DNA from: Bifidobacteriaceae bacterium
GTDB taxonomy: Bacteria > Actinomycetota > Actinomycetes > Actinomycetales > WQXJ01
NCBI GenBank assembly: GCA_031272885.1
Contig: JAISSX010000059.1
Span: 6,021-70,020, forward strand
DNA: 64,000 nt
Direction of reading: 5' to 3'
A program made the translations under genes and the position numbers. The notes below the pieces were generated by a model that saw only the letters and a program-made list of their open reading frames with translations, was not told the origin of the DNA and did not search any database. Shown one piece after another: positions 59,901 through 64,000 of this stretch; within the stretch, counting starts at the first letter, position 1, and every line of letters begins with the position of its first letter.

Positions 59901-62900
59901 GGACCTTGCCGTCGACGAGAGTGAGGTTGTCTCGATTGCTCCGGGTGCAGTCATGCCGACCGTGGAGAAGCTGTCGGTGGCATACTGTGAGTTGGCGTCA
60001 CTAGACAACCTGGTTGAGAGATTCCCAAACCTGACCGAGGCGAGGCTTCAGGCCAACAACTTGTCCGATATATCAGCCTTGGCTGCCTTGAATTCTACGG
60101 CGATCCAGCTTTACTACAACCATATTGCGGACGCCTCGCCGCTGCAGGACAACTCGCGCTTGTCCGAAGCTACACTCGGGGGGCAGACGGTGACCCTAGC
60201 TACGGTCCAAGCGGGAGTAGCGTCGCCGTTTGGTCTGGTCGGAGTAGATGGGCAGACTCCGACGGTGGCGTTCTATTCAGGTGGCGGCACGCTTGATGCC
60301 ACAACCGGCCTGGTTACGTATACCTCGGCTGGCACCCACACCGGCGGCTTCGGGCCGGGGAGCGGTACCGGATTTCGGGGTACCTTCACCCAGGTTGCCA
60401 CTGCGGCGCCGGCGGTGGAACTGGCGGTTGACACGACATCGTGGACGCTGGGCACCCTGTCTGCGACCAAGCAGGTGGCCGTGACCTCGAACACCGACTG
60501 GAAGGTGACTTCGAACGCCTCCTGGCTGGGCCTCTCGGTCACTGAAGGCAGCGGCGACGACACCGTCACGCTCACGGCCGCCGCCAACTACACCTACGAT
60601 GCCCGCACCGCCACGGTGAAGTTCGAAACGACATCGGGCTCGCCAACGGTCACGCGAACGGTCACCGTGACCCAGGCCGGCAACGAGCCGCCGGCCGCCA
60701 TCGGCACAGTGACAATTGTGGGTGACCTGGTGCCCGGCAGCACTGTGACCGCGCAGGTGGAAGGCGTCAATCCGGCCAATGCCCAGCTCTCCTATGAGTG
60801 GTACCGGCACTCCATGCCGGTAGCAGGCCCCAGCGCCTCCAACCAGTACGTGGTCCAGGCGGCCGACCAGGGGACGGAACTCCAGGCCAGGGTCACCGTC
60901 TCCGCCCCCGGCTACGCCAGCATCACCGGGTATTCGGAGTGGACCCACGTGCCATATCCCCAGGTCACCATCGATCAGGTCACCATCACCGGTGACCCCT
61001 GGTACGGCGGCGTCCTGACCGCTCACGCCACCGGCGTGGACCCCGCCGGCGCCCAACTGAGCTACCTCTGGTTTGTCGATGGCGCGGCGGTGACGGGCGA
61101 ATACGGCTCCACCTACACCGTCCGCCCCGCAGACGACGGTAAGACAGTCTTTGTCCGCGTGCTCGGCTACGCCAACTACCGGGATGAGGGCTCCCAGGAC
61201 TCGGAACCCATCCTGATCCAGTACCGCGAGGTCACCATCGGCACGGTGACCATAGTCGGTGACCTGACACCCGGCAGCACCGTCACCGCTGTCGTCGAAG
61301 GCCTAGACCCCGCCGATGCCGAACTGTCCTACGAGTGGTACCGGCACTCCATCCCGGTGGCCGGGCCAAGCGCCTCCAACCAGTACGTCATCCAGGAAGA
61401 GGATCGCGGTTGGACCCTCCAAGCCAGGGTTACCGGGTCAGCCCCCGGCTACGCCACCATCACGGGATACTCCGAGTGGACCCTGGTGCCCTACGAGCCG
61501 GTCGTGATCGGCTCCGTCACCATCACCGGTGACGCCTGGCCCGGCGGCACGCTGACCGCCGAAGTCAACGGTGTAGACCCAACCAACGCCTACCTGACCT
61601 ACCAGTGGTTCGTCAACGACCAGATGGTCGATGGCGTGTGGGGCTCCACCTACACCGTCCGCGACGCCGACAACGGCAAGTCCGTCAAGGTCCGCGTGTT
61701 CGGCTACGCCAGCTACCGTGCCGAAGGCACCAAGGACTCCGAACCCGTAACGATCCAACTCCGACCCGTCACCATCGAATCAGTCACCGTTACCGGGGTG
61801 CCAATCGCCAACCGCAGCCTGACCGCCTCGGCCATCGGCCTCGAACCTGCCAACGCCGACGTGACCTACCAGTGGTACTCCAACGGTGTCCCCATCGAGG
61901 GCGCCACCGCCAGGTCCTACAGGGTCCAGGCTGTAGACAACGGCAACATCCTCAAAGTCCGTGTCACCGCCTCGGCCAACCTCAGGAGCGAAGGCTCCGC
62001 GGACTCGGATCCAATCCTGATCCGGTTCCTCCAGCTAACCCACTCCATCCCGAACCCCATGGACGGCAACGCGCACACCTACACCATTGAGGTGTCCGCC
62101 AACGTCGATTGGACCATCGACACCTCCAGCAACTTCACCGTCACGCGACCGGAAGGCCAAAGCGGCACCGTCACGCTGACCATTCCCGCCAACTACGGCA
62201 CCCCCTACAGCACCGGCATTCTCTTCTGGCCCACCGATCCCACCTACCGCTCATTGCTGCAAACCGGTGCCACCATCAGCCAAGGCTCCTTGGCCTTCGT
62301 CAAGTGGTCGCAGAACGAGTGGACCTCGGCTGCCACCGCCCAAAGCACCACGATCGGCGTCAGCAGCTCCTGCAAGTCTTGGAGCACCACGAAGACGGCC
62401 ACCTGGGTAACCGTGACCCCGGCATCGGGCACCGCGGACCGGCAGGTCACCATCCGAACCGTCGCCAACACAACCACCACTGCCCGCACGGCCCAGATCT
62501 ACCTGAGCGGTTGCTACTCGCAAGACATCTTGACCGTCACGCAGGCACCAGCGGCCAGCCTGACCATCAGCCCCACCACGTGGGCGGCGCCGGTCAGCGG
62601 CGGCAGCCGAGTCATCGCCGTCACCACCAACCAGCCCACCTGGAAGGTAACCATCCCGACGGCGGCCGCTACCTGGCTGTCAGTCGACCAGACAACCGGC
62701 AACGCGGACGAAAGCCCCACCCTGACGGCAGCGGCCGGCGGCACCGCCAGGTCCGCCGTCGTCACCATCACGGCCGGCACCGTCAGCCGTACCGTTACGG
62801 TCACCCAGGCCGCCGCCACGCTGACGGTCACCCCAACCGTGTGGAACACCACTGCCGCCGGTGAGGGCATTGGACACGCCACCGTCACCACCAACCTGGA

Positions 62901-64000
62901 CCGGTGGGACGTGACGGCCTATGCGCCGTGGCTGGTAGTCTCCGGCACCTCGGGCACCTCGGGCGGCAGCCTGGCCTTCTGGGCCAACGCCTACGGCCCC
63001 AACCCCAGCACATCCGCCCGTACCGGCACCATCACCATCCGCGCCGGCGGCCTGACCAGGACAATTACCATCAACCAGCCCGGCCAAACGTTCACCATCA
63101 CCCCAGCCACCTGGGCCGCCCCCAACAAGGGCGGTACGTCATCGAGCATCAAGGTGGTAGCCACGTACGGCTCTTGGGAGGTGACCTCCAGTTCGGACTG
63201 GATCACCGCTAGCCGCACCTACGGCTCGGGCGGCGAGACGCTGACACTGACCGCCGCGCCCAACCCCACCGGCACGTCCCGCAGCGGTCAAATCACCATC
63301 CAAGCCGGCTCGGTGTACAAGTCCATCACCGTCACCCAGGCGGCCAGCACGCTGACGATGACGCCCGCTTCCTGGGCGGCGCCCAACAAGGGCGGCACGT
63401 CATCGGCCATCCGGGTGGCGGCCACCTACGGCTCTTGGGAACTGACTGCCTACCCGGCCTGGGTGACGCCATCGGCCACCAGCGGCGCCGACGGCACCAC
63501 CTTCACGCTGACCGCCACGCCCAACCCGAACGGCACCCTGCGCACCGGCCCGGTCACCGTCACGGCCGGCTCGCTGACCAGGACATTCACCGTCACCCAG
63601 GCGGCCGGCACGCTGACAGCCACACCGGCGTCGTGGGCGGCGCCCAACAAGGGCGGCACGTCATCGGCCATTCGGGTGGCAGCCACCTACGGGGCGTGGG
63701 AGGTGACCACCACCTTTGACTGGTTGACCACCAGCGTGACCAGCGGCGTAGACGGCGCCACCTTCACCGTGACGGCCACACCCAACCCCAACAGCACCGC
63801 CCGCACCGGCTCGGTGACCCTCACGGCCGGCAGCCTGACCAGGACCATCACGGTCAGCCAGGCCGCCGCCACGCTGACCCTGTCCCGCACCACCTGGAGC
63901 GTCAACCGGGCTGGGGAGGGCGTCTCACCCCTCGTCACCGTGACCACCTCGCTGCCGGACTGGCAGGTCACCAACCTGCCGGACTGGTTGGGCGTGTCAT
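56902..64000 (+). CDS. Giant secreted multidomain surface protein with an N-terminal papain-like (C1) cysteine peptidase; partial, more than 2366 aa, continues past the window end
   Basis: Absent from the ORF track. Frame 1 has no stop from 56902 to 64000, and every listed plus-strand ORF in this span is in another frame. AAGGAG at 56892-56897, ATG at 56902, SP MNIAVRRPVSKFVACASALAMAVTLAGLPAAAQA. I translated about 3.8 kb by hand without meeting a stop. Confidence 0.85.
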   Translation, partial: MNIAVRRPVSKFVACASALAMAVTLAGLPAAAQAVPAPPVDAAKVAAVQQAVTQAVDDVAAQLAALTPTAVPQTFTVPDGTGGWPTESSYDLRDAHPTWVTDVKSQGGWNLCHTFALTAMAESSIAKNGAVTEATQLSDLLTAHAAVGSQPITSSDSAEPLEVWSRWWGPRLETIGPSAAGFEEVPDSVSHVADFHLQSGWRFTWPDNGIIGSQTHINAIKQSIYQYGAIAIALNEPSLRHTGHMFGGIRVNHDMTLIGWDDNYPKEMLTYPNGPAPADGAFLVKNSWGENAGDRGYMWYSYYSADVAVATGWYGEVVAAGDVSGGDGYDGIYYYDTGMTVRRAVESGIGANVFVSSRTELLKAVQLQNATDRAVDFEVRIYLDPSADMPDSGSLQAIGTGGSTVLTGTLPYYGLDTVSLASPVPLQLGQRFSVVVKYTMQDGSTPEFPFEHSNGASGADAQSGQSYQKTAAGTWIDLASDRDPSYGNLTFKAITGRADHDQVTLTPMALRFERGDTEATVTVETGSTTDSWNAVSDASWLHVSKVGNALVVTADPNPSGPARWANVTVTSGAARSLLTVRQDALDDCGDTMATACVLDLSATLVTTTVNRLEGGADKDYFRIVPPVSGTWTFTPEVTAADSASGIYLLDSAGVTVKAAGSARFGASISADLTGGETYYLWIYHSWMGVGPRSYENDYTLTALPPPPYDGVPFLLAAPTPIWTTAEGYDRRIYVSSNTSWTIEADSLPDWITPDVSSGTGSGSVYLSFAPNAGDTRSGEITLVTSEGGPLATTQVTVHQAAVSALDLDRDQAVLAAIEGSATVQVTTNTSWAVTSLPDWLTASPSSGSVSGSVTLQASANGGTARTGTVTFSTTSVGANVTKTITVSQSNSGTAAVIPDPGFSNCLRDNVAFVSRVSASAVVLTVENLGALKTVSCYGSSIASIVGIGYLTGAETIDLSHNSIGDLSPLTNASLPGLRQLSMGENPFTTLPDLPGLTGLVDLAVDESEVVSIAPGAVMPTVEKLSVAYCELASLDNLVERFPNLTEARLQANNLSDISALAALNSTAIQLYYNHIADASPLQDNSRLSEATLGGQTVTLATVQAGVASPFGLVGVDGQTPTVAFYSGGGTLDATTGLVTYTSAGTHTGGFGPGSGTGFRGTFTQVATAAPAVELAVDTTSWTLGTLSATKQVAVTSNTDWKVTSNASWLGLSVTEGSGDDTVTLTAAANYTYDARTATVKFETTSGSPTVTRTVTVTQAGNEPPAAIGTVTIVGDLVPGSTVTAQVEGVNPANAQLSYEWYRHSMPVAGPSASNQYVVQAADQGTELQARVTVSAPGYASITGYSEWTHVPYPQVTIDQVTITGDPWYGGVLTAHATGVDPAGAQLSYLWFVDGAAVTGEYGSTYTVRPADDGKTVFVRVLGYANYRDEGSQDSEPILIQYREVTIGTVTIVGDLTPGSTVTAVVEGLDPADAELSYEWYRHSIPVAGPSASNQYVIQEEDRGWTLQARVTGSAPGYATITGYSEWTLVPYEPVVIGSVTITGDAWPGGTLTAEVNGVDPTNAYLTYQWFVNDQMVDGVWGSTYTVRDADNGKSVKVRVFGYASYRAEGTKDSEPVTIQLRPVTIESVTVTGVPIANRSLTASAIGLEPANADVTYQWYSNGVPIEGATARSYRVQAVDNGNILKVRVTASANLRSEGSADSDPILIRFLQLTHSIPNPMDGNAHTYTIEVSANVDWTIDTSSNFTVTRPEGQSGTVTLTIPANYGTPYSTGILFWPTDPTYRSLLQTGATISQGSLAFVKWSQNEWTSAATAQSTTIGVSSSCKSWSTTKTATWVTVTPASGTADRQVTIRTVANTTTTARTAQIYLSGCYSQDILTVTQAPAASLTISPTTWAAPVSGGSRVIAVTTNQPTWKVTIPTAAATWLSVDQTTGNADESPTLTAAAGGTARSAVVTITAGTVSRTVTVTQAAATLTVTPTVWNTTAAGEGIGHATVTTNLDRWDVTAYAPWLVVSGTSGTSGGSLAFWANAYGPNPSTSARTGTITIRAGGLTRTITINQPGQTFTITPATWAAPNKGGTSSSIKVVATYGSWEVTSSSDWITASRTYGSGGETLTLTAAPNPTGTSRSGQITIQAGSVYKSITVTQAASTLTMTPASWAAPNKGGTSSAIRVAATYGSWELTAYPAWVTPSATSGADGTTFTLTATPNPNGTLRTGPVTVTAGSLTRTFTVTQAAGTLTATPASWAAPNKGGTSSAIRVAATYGAWEVTTTFDWLTTSVTSGVDGATFTVTATPNPNSTARTGSVTLTAGSLTRTITVSQAAATLTLSRTTWSVNRAGEGVSPLVTVTTSLPDWQVTNLPDWLGVS
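57184..57816 (+). other. Peptidase C1 (papain-like) domain of the giant protein
   Basis: KSQGGWNLCHTFA has Gln 6 residues before Cys112 (codon 57235-57237), as in papain Q19/C25. VNHDMTLIGWDD is the His253 context. FLVKNSWGENAGDRGYMWYSY is the Asn-Ser-Trp motif. Confidence 0.75.
59590..60186 (+). other. Leucine-rich repeat (internalin-like) region of the giant protein
   Basis: Successive ~22-aa units such as LTGAETIDLSHNSIGDLSPLTN, LPGLRQLSMGENPFTTLPDL, LTGLVDLAVDESEVVSI, FPNLTEARLQANNLSDISALAAL. Confidence 0.65.
60697..62049 (+). repeat. Five ~90-aa Ig-like repeats arranged A-B-A'-B'-C (537-bp two-domain tandem duplication)
   Basis: A and A' carry VTIVGDL.PGSTVTA.VEG..PA.A.LSYEWYRHS.PVAGPSASNQYV. 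B and B' carry VTITGD.W.GG.LTA...GVDP..A.L.Y.WFV.......GSTYTVR.AD.GK.V.VRV.GYA.YR.EG. The mirrored out-of-frame ORFs at 60798 and 61335 are offset by 537 nt. Confidence 0.8.
62050..64000 (+). repeat. Array of at least 8 BACON-like ~87-aa repeats (4 more lie earlier in the protein)
   Basis: Unit pattern L.(I/V)(S/T)P..W.A...GG......V......W.V.....W(L/I/V)......G......(L/F)T....N....R.G..T(I/V).AG...(R/K).(I/F)TV.Q. A 261-bp period is seen at 63112, 63373 and 63634, with a conserved core gcccaacaagggcggYacgtcatcg. Confidence 0.75.

Overview
High-GC (roughly 65-70% by eye), densely coding, actinobacterial-type chromosomal segment with many GTG/TTG starts and 1-4 nt start/stop overlaps. No tRNA, rRNA, CRISPR array or transposase/integrase gene was recognised.

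Content in order:
1. A cytoplasmic L-arabinofuranoside utilisation locus: an edge-truncated GH5-like gene, a BNR/sialidase-fold glycosidase, a sugar ABC importer and two GH51 arabinofuranosidases. A DUF1778/GNAT toxin-antitoxin pair lies in the middle.
2. xthA, an SDR, a DUF4143 AAA ATPase, and pyrE translationally coupled to two tandem paralogous membrane proteins.
3. A Fic gene fragment, then a PucR regulator with an orphan two-subunit glycine dehydrogenase (gcvPA/PB).
4. The glyoxylate shunt (aceB-aceA) with a divergent RamB-like regulator.
5. A complete agmatine deiminase pathway (TetR, APC antiporter, putrescine carbamoyltransferase, carbamate kinase, agmatine deiminase) plus an exported amidohydrolase.
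6. nagA and pckG.
7. A head-to-head pair of truncated genes (GntR-UTRA and amidohydrolase_2), then hipBA.
8. The most interesting region. A LacI regulator shares a palindromic operator with two secreted DUF4185 (GH183-like) enzymes. Those head an operon of ABC importer, cytoplasmic DUF2961/GH172 enzyme and a 1171-aa cytoplasmic protein of unknown function. I interpret this as a D-arabinan / furanoside-polymer scavenging locus containing a candidate new glycosidase.
9. purA and purD.
10. A secreted protein of more than 2366 aa, absent from the ORF track because it runs off the 3' edge. It combines a papain-like C1 peptidase, LRRs, Ig-like repeats and at least 12 BACON-like repeats, and contains an internal low-GC block.

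Non-coding structure includes a MITE-like palindromic element family (3 copies, one supplying the nagA stop codon), a 36-bp tandem-plus-inverted repeat, phased direct repeats at the pyrE promoter, and several intercistronic or terminator hairpins.

All family assignments come from reading the translations and motifs from memory. None was confirmed by a search.
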